Assembly: GCA_012026655.1 (NCBI GenBank) | Contig: JAAILG010001243.1 | Span: 1-64,000, forward strand | Length of the DNA: 64,000 bases | Reading direction: 5' to 3' | Source of the DNA: Hydrolagus affinis | Lineage: Eukaryota | In this document: positions 34,795 through 47,298 of the stretch, piece after piece | Layout: each line of letters starts with the position of its first letter | Position numbering within the stretch: the stretch's first letter is position 1 | Notes under the pieces: generated by a model | Databases searched by the model: none | What the model was told of the DNA's origin: nothing | Seen by the model: the letters and a program-made list of their open reading frames with translations, nothing else | Program-made: the position numbers and the translations under genes

Positions 34795-34868
34795 CCTTTG
34801 AGCCTCGGGACGTCCTCCTGACGTGAAAGGCGCTAATACAATGTAATTTTGTTGTTGTTGTTGTTTTT
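34795..34868 (+). mobile_element. L2 3' tail
   Basis: GGGACGTCCTCCTGACGTGAAAGGCGCTAATACAATGTAATTTT(GTT)n. Confidence 0.82.
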
Positions 34869-35699
34869 TGAGGCAAGGTGCAATGGCTGGCTGTACTCAC
34901 ACTTCAGGCAACCTACCCACCAGCACAATCGGCAGTGTTGTACTCCAAATCTATTAGAAACAGCATAAGACACAATCGTACAAGTTTGTAGCATGGAAGG
35001 AGGCCTCCTGTGAACCTTCACCCACTCCAGAAAAATGGACGCTTGGGTTGGAGAGTGTTACGCATGGTGAATGGTTTCTCACACGATGTTTGTCTGATGA
35101 GTCCTTCTAACCCTGCTGCCCTCCAAACACCCGTCGTGCTCACTCACACCCACAGGAAGGCGCCTCTGAGCACACCACGGAACGTATAAGTAACGCAGAG
35201 AAAGAAACCTTACACTCTCATCTAAAGCAACTGTGAAAAGCAGAGTTGATGCCAGAAGCCAGGCATTTTGTACAAATAAAATTCAATTTGTACTTATTAA
35301 ATGCTAATAAAACCTAAAGTGTACAGAGAGCTGAGAGAGAAATTGCACTGATGGAATTTGTAAGGCAATCGAGGGCAGGAATGACCTAAGAATTTGATGT
35401 TTAAGTGCAGCACTCCGGGAAGCAACAGGCCAAACACCAACCATAAAAATTGGAGAAAAACAAGTTGTCCGTAGCCTGGGACATGAAGATTAGAGCCAAT
35501 GCCAGCCATGGCAGCCATTCAGAGCTTCCCCAGGTAGCAAGTTGGGGGTAAAGATAACTCTGGTCAGGCAAACTCCAATGACTTACCTCTCAGTTCCCAT
35601 AAACAAATCATGTTGGCTGCCTTTTTGTAACAATGCACTACTTGCCCTCTCCCTCATATCTTATGTATTAATGTCAACTGCAAGCAATTGCTCAGCCTC

Positions 35700-36090
35700 T
35701 GCTCACATAACATGTCACACCATCGAAACGTATCAAACCGCTTCGCAAGATTTACTGTAAAGTGTAGTGACTGTATCTTTGTAGGCAAACGGGGCAGCCA
35801 ATTTGCCAACAGCAATACTCCACAAACAACCATGAAGTGAGTGGCTAGTTTCTCTGAATTATTGTTAGCTGGGACACCGACAGAAACTCTCTCTTTCAAA
35901 GTGTCGTTAACATCTACCCAAACAGGCAGACAGATAATTGGTTGGATGTCTCATCCAAAGGACAGAACCTCAAGACCGATCAGTGTTCTCTGATACAGCA
36001 CTGGAGTGTCGGGCTAGATTATGAGCTCAAAGTCCTGATGTGGGCCTTAAACCCACAATCTTCACCTGAAAGGTGAGAATGCTATTAAGT
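35700..36090 (-). mobile_element. Near-complete old SacSINE1-like SINE
   Basis: GGCAGCCAATTTGC..CCACAAACAACCATGAAGTGA..AACAGGCAGA..GTCTCATCCAAAGGAC..CACTGGAGTGTC..AACCCACAATCTTC. Confidence 0.8.
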
Positions 36091-36354
36091 GATTCAGAAA
36101 AGGGTGAGATGGAGAGGGGAAATCCTGCATACCATAGAATAAACAAGGCAGCTCGCTCTGTCACTGCTGTTCAAGATGATTCAGGGTGAAATGGAGGGAT
36201 GAATTTATTCACGTCCATACCACTTTCCATCCAGCTCCAAACCTCTGTCTCCTCGATCTGAGGTTGCCACTCGAGATTGGGCAGCTGGGGGATTTAATCA
36301 GAAGTAGCAGCGAAGAGGGAGAGAGAGATGCAAAATTCAGTGGAAACATTAAGG

Positions 36355-36630
36355 AACTCCTTCAGGTGAACATTAGACTGAGCTCCCGTGTGCCTTCTTC
36401 AGGTGGGCATTAAAGTTCCCATTCCACCATTCAAAGAGGTGCCCGACAATTCCCCAATTCAAAGAGGTGTCCGTCAATTCCCCCAGATAAAATTGGTCAT
36501 TCACTTCATGGATTTTCTGGGATATTGCTGAGTACCGTCGGTACACATTCCAGTCAATCCTGTGAAGTGCTTTGAGACTTCCTACTGGCTTGAAAGGTGC
36601 TGTATCAAATGCAAGAATTATTATTAATAA
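36355..36630 (+). mobile_element. SacSINE1-like fragment with an internal 28-bp tandem duplication
   Basis: ATTCAAAGAGGTGCCCGACAATTCCCCA followed by ATTCAAAGAGGTGTCCGTCAATTCCCCC; tail GGTGCTGTATCAAATGCAAGAATTATTATT. Confidence 0.72.
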
Positions 36631-37380
36631 ATGAATCTCCGTCAATTACATCTGGAATTTATTTCATGTGCTCATTTATTGATACCAGGTAGCATCTTGT
36701 GAAAAAAGTTCATATTAAAATGCATTTTCGATTGACTTGTGACTTTAAATATCACACGTGTACTTCACATGAGAAGCTCCAAACCATAGGCTCAATGGAA
36801 GAGCAAAATGATTAATTAAAGTACAGTACTTATATTGATGTTCTGTGCTCCCCAGGGCTTGCGACATATTTGCTGAACTCAAGGTCTTGCCCAGGGAAGC
36901 AGAAAACTCATCAACTTTCAATAAACTCTGCAAGAGAGGCAGCCAGTGCAACAAACCGACAGTTTGTGAACATAGAAATGCAGGCAAGCTCGCTTTGCTG
37001 CAACAACAAGGGACCAGGCAGCTATCCTGCCCTCGGGAGGATGTGGTATCATGTCTTTTTGGAGCTAGGAATGAATGACGTTATCTCCGAGATCGATGAT
37101 CGTTAGTAATGCTGCCCAAACCTTGATGGGTAATGGCACTAGCTGGATATGCAGTGGGATGTTTGCCAATGCTCACAACAGCCAAGCTGCTTGGTTTTAG
37201 CTGATCCAACTCCATGCCATCGACCGAAACCTTCCCAAAGAAAATTGTGGAGTTTCCATTCCTTGGCTCTGGTCAAACTGCTGATACTCTCTGAGATTAG
37301 GGGGAGCAGCGTGTGTTTCTCCATAGAAACAGTATGTGCTACATACCAGACACAGGGAGACTTCTGTGTGGAATCCCAGT

Positions 37381-37912
37381 ACAACAACAACAACAACAAA
37401 ATTACACTTGTATAGCACCTTTTAGGTCAGGAGGATGTCCCAAGGCGCTGGACAGTCATGGTTTCAGACCCGAGCTGGGATCAGGATTGTGGAAGGTGGC
37501 AGGAAAGGAGGGGATTTGGGGTGACCGACAGGACCTTTGAAGAGGAGGGTCTTGAGGCGAGACGTGAAGAAGGTTAGGGAGGGGGCGAGGCGGAGAGACT
37601 GTGCGTTGGAGTTCCAGAGGTTAGGGGCAGTGGCTGAAGGCTCACCCGCTGATGTTGGGGTGGGTGGGTCGTAGGACAAGGAGCAGGCTGGAGCCTGCTG
37701 AGTGGAGGGGGGGTGGGCAGTTTGGTAGAGGGTTAGGAGGTCGCAGAAATACGGTGGGGCGAGGCCATGTTGAGCTTTGAAGGTGAGGATCAGGATCTTG
37801 AATTGAACCCTCTGGGTGATGGGGAGCCAATGGAGTCGGGTGAGAATGGATGTGGGGGAGGAAAGACAGTTGAGGATCAAACAAGACACCTAGGTTTCTG
37901 GCCTGGCATTGT
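37381..37912 (-). mobile_element. L2 LINE 3' end (ORF2 C-terminus, UTR and (GTT)n tail) with an internal deletion
   Basis: Minus frames give ARNLGVLFDPQLSFLPHI and LTRLHWLPITQRVQFKILILTFKAQHGLAPPY..APNLWNS..LKTLLF, all canonical L2 motifs. Confidence 0.93.
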
Positions 37913-39199
37913 AATACTGTCATATAACATTCACTTAATCGAATCAGTTATATTTTCTAAAGCAATTTGACAAGATTATTTTTGCGTGGGAGGTGCTATA
38001 TAAACGCAAGTCATTATTATTATTTTAATCTTCCCCTCTATCTGGTAATATAATCCTTGTGGGGGAGGAGGGAGGAGGGCCGGGGGAGGGAGAGCTGTAC
38101 ATTTAATGAAACACATCACTCAGTTTTACTGACATTGAGAGAGAATTCGGGAGGCTGTCAATCACAAAGACAGAAACGTTCACAATCACATAGACCTTGA
38201 GATGAGATTGCTGGCTCAGCAGACTGAGCACTCTTGGTTTCCGCTGATTGACCCAATTTATAGCAAAGCCCCGAAAGCATTGTCAGCAGCAGCTCATCTC
38301 TTTACTGAAGCGCTTTGAGGTATTTCAACATGATCAGTGCTATATCAAACGTAAGAAATGTAATCCCACCTTCCTGCCATATCCATCGCTATCTTTGTCT
38401 CTTCAAATATCTATCAATTTCTCTCTCCTTTATCCCTTGACTGATGTTTTTCTCTCTCGTCAAAACACTTAGCTTTATTTTCCTTCCATTAAGATATAGT
38501 TCAATGGTCCTCTAGGTGACTGTTATTTATGTACAAACTGGGCAGAGAGGGTTGGTAGGCTATTCAACCCACAGGCCTATTCTCACCCAATCCACAAACA
38601 AGCATCTTCCAACAGGGATCTGGAGCATTGCACAATTGGATCAGAACATTCCCAGGACGGAGACCAATAACATCTTGTTAAAAACAAACACGGCAGCGGT
38701 TTGCTGTGGGGCATGTTGTCTCGTGGTTTATTGGTGGATACCCATCGCAACAATAACCACTAGCCCCCTCTCCTCGCACAAGAATGACTAAAATCGCCCC
38801 CGCACTCCGTGGACGATATGCTGACACTCGGGTTTATTTCCTGACAAAGATTCACTGCCAACTTCCTTAATTAACTTCAATTTTAGTTAACGTCATTTGC
38901 TAACAGATTTGACAATTCTTGGCTTCACAAACGTATTCCTGAAATATTTCATAAAATATTCATACGATTATCCACAGCGGACAAATCTTAATTCACCGCA
39001 GATGGAAGATGTGGGAGGTCAAGGGTCTAGAGGAGCCAGTGCTTTCCGAGTTACTTCAAAGACTAAGTAAACATGCAGACACCCTCCTGCAGTCACCTGG
39101 TGAATAAAGAGGGGTGTAACTGCAAGGGAAGAGAAAAACCAAGATGGCGTCCAGGTGAGACTCCATTCTTATGGACCTCCAAAGTACAATACAAGGCAG

Positions 39200-39475
39200 T
39201 TTACATTATACAATCCCTTTCACTTCAAGAGACTGTTTCAAAGCACTTGACAAAGCCAGATTGACACCTGAGCTGGAAGTGGAATTGAAAGCGTGATCAA
39301 AGAGGTATATCTTGTGGCATGTCTTGTAAAAGCCGAGTGAGGGAGTGAGGAGTTGGAGGGTTGGAGTTCTAGAAAGGCGGGGGCAGAACGGCTGAAAGAT
39401 CCCCTTAAAGATGTCTCTTTTTAACAACAACAACAACAAAATTACATTTATAGAGCGCCTTTCACATCGGGAGGT
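39200..39475 (-). mobile_element. Old L2 3' end plus a young L2 tail
   Basis: GGAGTTCTAGA..GGGGCAGAACGGCTGAAAG; AACAACAACAAAATTACATTTATAGAGCGCCTTTCACATCGGGAGG. Confidence 0.65.
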
Positions 39476-39989
39476 TGAAGAGCTTGAGATTATCAAGCTG
39501 TTTCATTTGTATTTCATACTGCTGGAGCCAGTGAAGCTCTATGAGCGTGAAGAAATCATTGACACATTGATTGCTGCCTCAAAACCTTCACAGGAACCCA
39601 AGCAGTTCAGCTTTGATTCCAGCAAATGATTTGGTAAAGAAAGTTGGAAGGTACTTTAGAGTTAGTATATTTGTGAGTATACTCCAAACACAATCTGTGC
39701 AGATCTCATAGCAAAACATTATAAAGTACAAATCAATGATTGCAGAATGACAATGATATTAAATTAGCAGCGGAGAATAAATTCCAAACTTTATCAGTTA
39801 GATTGTGACTTGGGAGCCAAAATGACTGCAGTCCACAATGGGATAAATAGTGGATTCAAATTAAAGGAATTTGGCTTCAAATAACTGGGACTACTTTTTT
39901 AGATTTAAGGTTGTGAAAGGGTACGTTCTTGCAGGTAAATAGGAATAAAGGATTTCCTTTAACCAGGGAGAACAGTCTCAGGATTACAA

Positions 39990-40232
39990 TATTAATAATT
40001 CTTGCATATTGACATAACGCCTTATCAGGTCTTCGAGACGTCCCAAATCGCTTCACAGAATATACTGCCAAGTGAATTGACTGTGTGTTTTTTGTGGGCA
40101 ATTGTGCACAAGCAGTTTCTCACACGTAGTTGTGGATTGAGTGAGCAAATAATTATTATTATTTTAAGGGATAATTACCCTGGAAAAGCGATCCACCAAT
40201 CGACTAACAACCAGGTTCCTTCTTACTGCAAA
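39990..40232 (-). mobile_element. Deu-SINE, long variant (5'-truncated)
   Basis: Tail and core plus the extra segment CCCTGGAAAAGCGATCCACCAATCGACTAACAACCAGGTTCC, also present at 52436-52480. Confidence 0.82.
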
Positions 40233-41747
40233 GATTGTTAGAAGCACCCATCAGGGAAACCACCTCCACCTTAAGATAAATTTCACTTTGATTAGCAATT
40301 GGAAGTACATCACTTCAGTTTGTTCCCACATGTGTAATTCTTCCCGGGTAAGTACAGGGCTCGCAGCTTTAAACTGAAGAGATGTGACAATATACTTAAA
40401 GCTAATTACCACTGCTCTTTGCTAATTGCTGCTCACTGGAGAGAATGTCAGCCCACAGACTTCCTTTAAGTTTTGCTCCAAGGCCGTGGTATATGACATT
40501 CTTCATTCCAGTGAGCGGCAAGTAAGATCGTAATGAGAACAAGTCACTGTGCAGGCAGCAACTCCAAAAAACGGCATGTTTTCCCATTATTTTAACCGTA
40601 CGAAAGAGCGTATGACAATAGCCCAACCCTTCCTTATCCCCACGCCCTTATCCATCACCTACATACCCTCCTTTGGCCTGTTAACAACCGTCAGTAGATG
40701 GACTTCAGTCTTTCTACAATGTAACTTAGTGTGGAGCCAAGCAGTTGGTCAGGTCAGTGTTACTCTCTCTATCACCTGCTATTCACCTGAATATTTGTAG
40801 GCAAGGTTAAGCCAGGAAGGCGGACGATGGGGGGAATGTTCATAAAAATGCTGCAGTTTGGAACTGGATTGCTTAACACTTGCGAGTCACAAATGGAGAA
40901 CCAGAGATAAATCATGCCAACCCCCTTGAGATCTCAGCACCAAATACAACGCGATTCCGGTGCGGTGTTCCTGCAGGTCAGACTGCTCCACTTCTTATTT
41001 AAAAGTCCCATTAGAAATGCCTGTTTTAGACATCGGTCATATTCAGTTAAAAATTTCCATCCAGTGTCACGAATAGAGCCTTTGGTGGCACACAACGACA
41101 TCCGGGAATTCCCTTCAGTGGCTAACTACGTGTACACTACATGTATCGCTCACGGGAACCTCACTTGCGTGTGTATTTACAGCACTATTGCACAACGCGC
41201 GACATTAAAGCAATTCGAACCATTTTCCCGTAACTGTCACCCAGTGTAATTACTGCTTTGAAGCCATTTTGCGCGCAGCAAAGTCTCACAAACAGCGATG
41301 AAGTTCATGGCAGTTCAAGCGTAAGTCTACGGAGCGAGAGGTTAAAGGATGGAGCTGAGGGAATTACTGTGGTAGCCAGACAGAGAGACAAGGTGGGGGT
41401 TCTTTCTCAGGAAAGCCCTCCAGGCTCAACTCTGTAGATTCCTGCTGTGGAAGGCCAGTCAGTGTGATTTGGAATGGCAGGATGCCTTGTGTGTCTAATT
41501 TTGGCAGAGTAATCTCTCCTTTTTGACTGCTCGTGGCAGTTATTGTACACGGCTCGAGTGCATTGCGTGAACAGATCAGGGCACTTGGAATGCAATGCAA
41601 CTTATAATAAAAACCTGCACGCTATAACTAAAAAGAGGAACAGAGCAAGCAATACTTTGTTTGCTTTCACATCAGCGGTGGGCAAATTACTCGCATCTAT
41701 TATCAAGAATAAATGAGTATCTAGATAAATATACACAAATCAGGGAA

Positions 41748-41920
41748 CACATCAACACAGGCTTGCGAAGGGTAGATCATGTCTCACGAATCGAATAGAA
41801 CGGTTTGATAGAATCATACAGATGATAGGTAAAAGGATGTTACTTTATTTCTATGGATTTTCAGAATATATATTTGACAACATCAAAAAATATGAACTAA
41901 AATTAAGGCACATTGGTGTA
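41748..41920 (+). mobile_element. Old CR1 reverse-transcriptase fragment
   Basis: Translates HQHRLAKGRSCLTNRIERFD..., then MDFQ.., then KIKAH (CR1: QHGFxKGRSCLTNL..MDFxKAFD..KLKAHG); frameshifted. Confidence 0.75.
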
Positions 41921-42084
41921 AAACTTGGTTTTAGAGAAACCGACATTCTCTCTGTTTCAATACTTTAGCTTGTGTCAGAACAAGGGGACATAGGTTTACC
42001 CAAGGCACAGACAATAAGAATTAGTTCTTGCCAGATAGGTGGTAGAGGCCAGGAAACTGGGATTCTTTCATCAAGCACAGTAAG

Positions 42085-42432
42085 AAAAAAAACTATAATA
42101 AAATCGGTCACTTCAACCCATGACTGTTTCTGGGACACTGCTGTGCGAAATTCGCTGCTGCGTTTCGCCCACAAATATTCAGTCAACTCACTTTACAGTA
42201 TTTTCTGTGAAGCGCTTTGAGACATCCAGAAAAACATGCAAATCACTGTATCAAATGCAAGGATTATTATTTTAATTATTTTATTATAATAATAATAATC
42301 CTTGCATTTGATATAGCGCTTTTCGCATCTAATCAACATCTCAAAGCGCCTCACAGCACATACTGTAAATTGAATTGACTGTATATTTGTGGGTGAACTA
42401 ATATACTAATCCTTGCATTTGATATAGTGCCT
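42085..42432. mobile_element. Tail-to-tail cluster of young SINE fragments (+42085-42270, -42286-42397, -42407-42432)
   Basis: The plus copy ends AATGCAAGGATTATTAT and is followed, after a short AT-rich spacer, by AATAATCCTTGCATTTGATATAGCGC of the minus copy. Confidence 0.88.
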
Positions 42433-43496
42433 GATCTTGTCATTGAGTTTTCCTATGCTCCTATGAGCAAGTCAGACTGATCCGCTGTTCTTTGAAACCT
42501 TCGGTTTAACACTCCATCAGCTTTGCTTTTGGCAAGACAGTTTTGCACTACACTGGTAGCGGTTGATTAGACACTTTAACTGCATGTTTGAATGAGTCAC
42601 AGCTCTCAGGCTGGATAGCATCACAATTCTGAGGATAAGCTCTAACTGCACGGCAATGATGCTTTTTCAAAGTGAAGCTAATTTACGGTCCTCTAGATCT
42701 CACTCCTATGGGTCTCTCCGTATTCACAGTGACTGTACATTAGCTCGTCGAGTCAGTCGCTTCTCAATTCACCAAACACTAGTTTCAGCGTCAGAGATAA
42801 ATGATCCAGATTCAGTTTAACTCAATACGCGACAGTACATATTGCAAACCCATGGCTGGGTCCGGGAATCTGTTAGAATTCTTTCCAAGTATCAAGCCCA
42901 CTGTTTTACATGCTAGCCCTTTATCTTGCAATCTCACTGTATTACAAATGAAACTCATCGACTATTGTTTACAGCTGAAAAGCCAGGTTTCAGCACATCC
43001 ATGCACATAATGGATTGACACAGACATCGAGATTCACCAGTGAAACTTCATGCATTTGATGAAGTGAAGCTTCGTCGAATCCCACCCCCCAGCTAGGGTC
43101 CATTCCCCTGTGATATTCTTCTTTCTGAGTGTCTGCTAAATTTCCTATTAAAAGTATGATTTGATACAAATTAGACATGTAGGATTCTACATTCCAACCG
43201 CCCCCTGTGCTGAGATAAATGGCAGTAAAAAAAATAGTATTTGCATCTTTAAAAAAGAGTTTAAAGAAGGTATTTAAAGATAGCGGTAAGGATAGATAGG
43301 AAGGGAGAAAGCTTTTAATCTAAATGAATATACAGCATCATTATATAAGAGTTAATAGGATAAGGGTTGTTCATTTTGTCTCTGCCACTCATTCACTGTA
43401 CATCCACTACAGAGACAGAGTGAACAACCCTTGAAGACCATTAAAGTCTGCCTGACGTTCTCCCAATGTGAAAGGTGCTATACAAATATAACTCAA

Positions 43497-43820
43497 GTGC
43501 AATACTGGGGGGAGCAGTGCATTGTCAAAGGTGTTGTCCTTTGGATAGGACATTAAATCTATGTCCATCTGCTTGTTCAGGTGGGGCTAAAAATCACATG
43601 GCAATATTCGAAAAGAGAAGAGTGTTTCTTCTGGTGTCTGGGCCAACAATCTTCCAGATATAATTAGTCATTCACTTCATGGTTGTTTGTGGGACATTGA
43701 CACGTGCAAATTGGCGGCTGTATTCACCTACAACATACATAGTCACTACACTTTAAAGTATATCTTGTGAAATGCTTTGAGATGTCCTCACGACGTGAAA
43801 TCCAAGGATAACTATTATTT
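43497..43820 (+). mobile_element. Old SacSINE1-like SINE (lacking head)
   Basis: GTGCAATACTGGGGGAGCAGTGCATTGTCAAAGGTG..GACATTAAA..TGGGCCAACAAT..TTTGTGGGACATTG..AAATTGGCGGC..GCTTTGAGATGTCCTCACGACGTGAAA. Confidence 0.8.
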
Positions 43821-46225
43821 ATTTAGAGCCTTTTCCATCTCCTTGCGGGGAGAGGGGAAGGGGTAAGATTAGCTGAAGTCCCCAAAGGCAAGAGACGTGG
43901 GGAAATGGTGGAGGAGGAGGTGTGCTGCCAGATTCAGATACTTAAACATTTGTAACATTCAAATGGTGCATGACATGAATAAGCTCAACAGAGTCTTTTT
44001 TTTTATTAATTCCTTACTGTACAAAGCCTGAAAGAAGCAGAACCCATTGTGAGCAGATGGAAGCAAAGGCACCATAACATAGCCTGAGCTGGAGTCTATT
44101 ATTAACTGTAAAGTATTGAAGGAAACTAGGCACAGGGCAAGAAACCTGCTGGATTATTAAAAAGGAATCGCGGAATATTGCACTCGCACATCTCGACACA
44201 GGGAGAGAAAGTCAATTTAAAAGCGTCAGGCATCAGAGATGACTCATATCTGGCTTCAGTTCATAAAGAAAGCATTTTAATAGTGAGTCTCATTAGGCTC
44301 TGCTCATTATCGTCTGCTAATGAACTAGATCTTTAGAGGAAATCTGAAATGGAGGGGAGGAGCTTAGAGGTGAGCAAGTCATGGAGGTTTAAGGTTTCAC
44401 TAAGACCAGGCAGAGATGACGAGAAAATAAAAAGGTTTGACTTGTTTATTTACACCAATCAGGAGGCCTGAACTACAAATCATCATTTTAGCCCATTTTG
44501 TTGTAAAAATGTAACATGGAGCAGACTTGTGAAATACATGTATACAGGCAAATTTTCCACAGTCCTTAAAAATAAATTGGTGATCACCTGCACTTATTTA
44601 AGGAATAAAAATATGATAGCAGAAGTGTACAGTTCAGAAGAATGGTATTCAGCCCATCAAGTCTGTGCTGGCTTTCCGAACAAACCATTCATTCAATTCT
44701 ACTGCCCTATCTCCGTTACCTTCCAAGCTTCTATCTTTCAGATATCAGTTCTGAAAGATAGCTAAAGATGCTCTTTGCCTGAACTATTCCTTCGTTAATC
44801 CATTCAGTGTTGAGTCTAATCTCAGGTACCATGGAGGCTCTTTTCATTGGTAAAAGGAGTCTTACTTCCACTCCTCACCAGCAATGATCCAGCCTGAAAC
44901 TCACGGTTCTCGAGGGCCATTTGTTTTTCCCAAAAAAACAACAGTCTGTCCAACTGGAATTCAAATCTAACCTTTCACTGCAAAGAACAGGCAGAAAAAC
45001 AACTTGTACAATTCCCCAAAGTGGACAGAAATAGTTTCCAGTCTTCTCCCTAACCCCAGTTTTATTCTTTCAAAATGATTTTTTTCTCCCCCCAGTGAGG
45101 CCAGTGCTTGCCATTTTTACTTCTTTGTAAAGTTCTGCTTGTATAACTTTTTTTTATTAAAGCCAGATATTTGCACAGCTAATTCCAGTAGGATTTTATT
45201 GTCTTCGATGTTGGGGAATATTCTGATGTCCCTGTGGTGACTGGAACCTGGGAGAAATCACAGGATCTGCATAGACTGGCCATACAGAAAAATGTTTGTG
45301 TTTCATGTGGCTTTCATATATACACACAGATATATAAATATAATGTATATATCCTTGTCTATTTCCCTGACTGGGCAGTTCAATGTCATGGCAAAGAGCA
45401 CTGTAACTTTGACAATGCAGCATTCCCCCAGTACGGCTCTGGATTGTCAGCCCAGACATTTGATATTACGGTGCACATGTAGCCTGAAAATTCAATGTAC
45501 ACTAGCAAATATTGCGTCTCCTCTTTTCAAGGCAACCAAAATATTAAAGGAATATCTGACTTGGAAAATCTTGATGATGTTGTGAAAAAAAATCCTCTTG
45601 GTATCCATTGCCATTTTCTCATTTTGATATGTACAGCAAATACAAGCAGATATAAAGATTGTTTCAAAATCAGCAGAAAAGGGTAATTTCACCCGAGAAT
45701 GATTTCCCAGGTATCCTGGATGGTGTGAAGCTTAATAGCAAAATAATCTCCCTGTAAAAGAACAAGATATGTGTGGCCCCAGGAGATGAGGTATCTTAAC
45801 AGCAGAGATCAGCTGTTACCAGAAAGGACCAAGAATACAAGCATTCCCTCTAAATGGTGAATTCCCAAGCCTTGCCCGAGGCTATCTGGAAAGCGGCTAG
45901 GCCCAGTGGTCGACCCGCTCTGCATCTGAACTTCTTTATATTCTAGGAATCTGAGAGGTGATTCTCTGCTCGTTCTGTCCGCCTAACTGAGGAGCGGTGG
46001 ATGCCGGTTAGGCCGAGGGAGCGAGAGGGAAGAATGGACTGGCCCTCAGCACCGAAAATCACTGAACAATAATAAGAAAGATACCTAAAATAATACTTGA
46101 ATTTGATAACGCTTTTGGCATTAGATCTGCTGTAAAGCTTGGTGGGTGTGTGTTTTGCAGACAGCAAACTGAGAGGTTGGGGAGGTGGCTGAAGATACTG
46201 TCATTGTTATAAAAATAATTTTCAA

Positions 46226-46400
46226 AATAATCCTTGTATTTGAGTAGCACTTTTACTATCTTTTAGGCGTCTCAAAGCACTTCGCAGAATGTACTGTAAA
46301 GTGAATTGACTATATGATTATAGGCGAAATGCGGCAGCCAATTGCACGCAGTAGTGGACAACAGTGTCCCCACAAACAGTAATTGATCGAGTGGCCACAT
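46226..46400 (-). mobile_element. Young SINE, 3' half
   Basis: AATAATCCTTGTATTTGA..GTCTCAAAGCACTTC..TACTGTAAAGTGAATTGAC..GCGGCAGCCAATTGC..GTCCCCACAAACAGT. Confidence 0.85.
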
Positions 46401-47186
46401 TTTTTGGTTTAAAACTTTATAGACTCATTTAGGAAATTGCTTGATGCTGTAATGGGAGGGACGTCTGAAGGAAGGGATCAAATGGACTGGAGAGCCCTCT
46501 TCATCAGAACCATTTGTTTGATTTTGTGAATTAAGCCATCTCCTGTCAGACAGAGTAAAGACCAAGTGAAGACTGGGAATCCAACTGCATGTTACATCAT
46601 AGGCAGCCCAGTACCACTTATCAGGGATCTGCCCTAAGCTGCTTTCTATCTTGTGAAGCAGACCTCCTGGCATGATTGTAATGTAATTTGTTGTTGTTGT
46701 TGAACTCTCCTTGGCTCTGTGTGAATTACTTGCTGCTCTGTCTCCCGAGAGAAAATTGCAAAGAAACTGCAGTACTCAATGCCCATTCACTCGGAATTGC
46801 ATCATGTGATTACACATTGAGCAGAGACAAGCTAGGATTCATGCGTTTTAATTTACTCTGGAAACATTTAAAGCAATAAAATTAATTCCACAATTGCTTC
46901 ATCTTTTGCACAGAACAATACAGATTTAAGGGGCCTGGATTATTAAACAATAAAAACATTAAGAATACTTGCATTTTGTACATTGCCTTTCACTTTGAGA
47001 AGACCCATCAAAGGGCAGAATTTACTGTAAAGTGTAGTGACTGTATTTTTGTAGGATTAGGGTTCAGTATAATCAAAATCCATAATTATCTAAGTTACAA
47101 ATTTACACCTTATACAAGTCATGTGGGGTAGACACAGATAAAGAGATGGATTGATTCACTGCTTAGATTGTGTAGTGAAGCAAATA

Positions 47187-47298
47187 AATAATAATCCTTA
47201 CATTTGATACTTACCTTATCAGATCATCAAAACGTCTCAAAGCGCTTCACGGAATATACTGTAAAGTGGTTTGGACTGTGTGTTTTGTGAGTGAAACA
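47187..47298 (-). mobile_element. Young SINE 3' fragment
   Basis: AATAATAATCCTTACATTTGATA..ACGTCTCAAAGCGCTTCACGGAATATACTGTAAAGTG. Confidence 0.82.
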
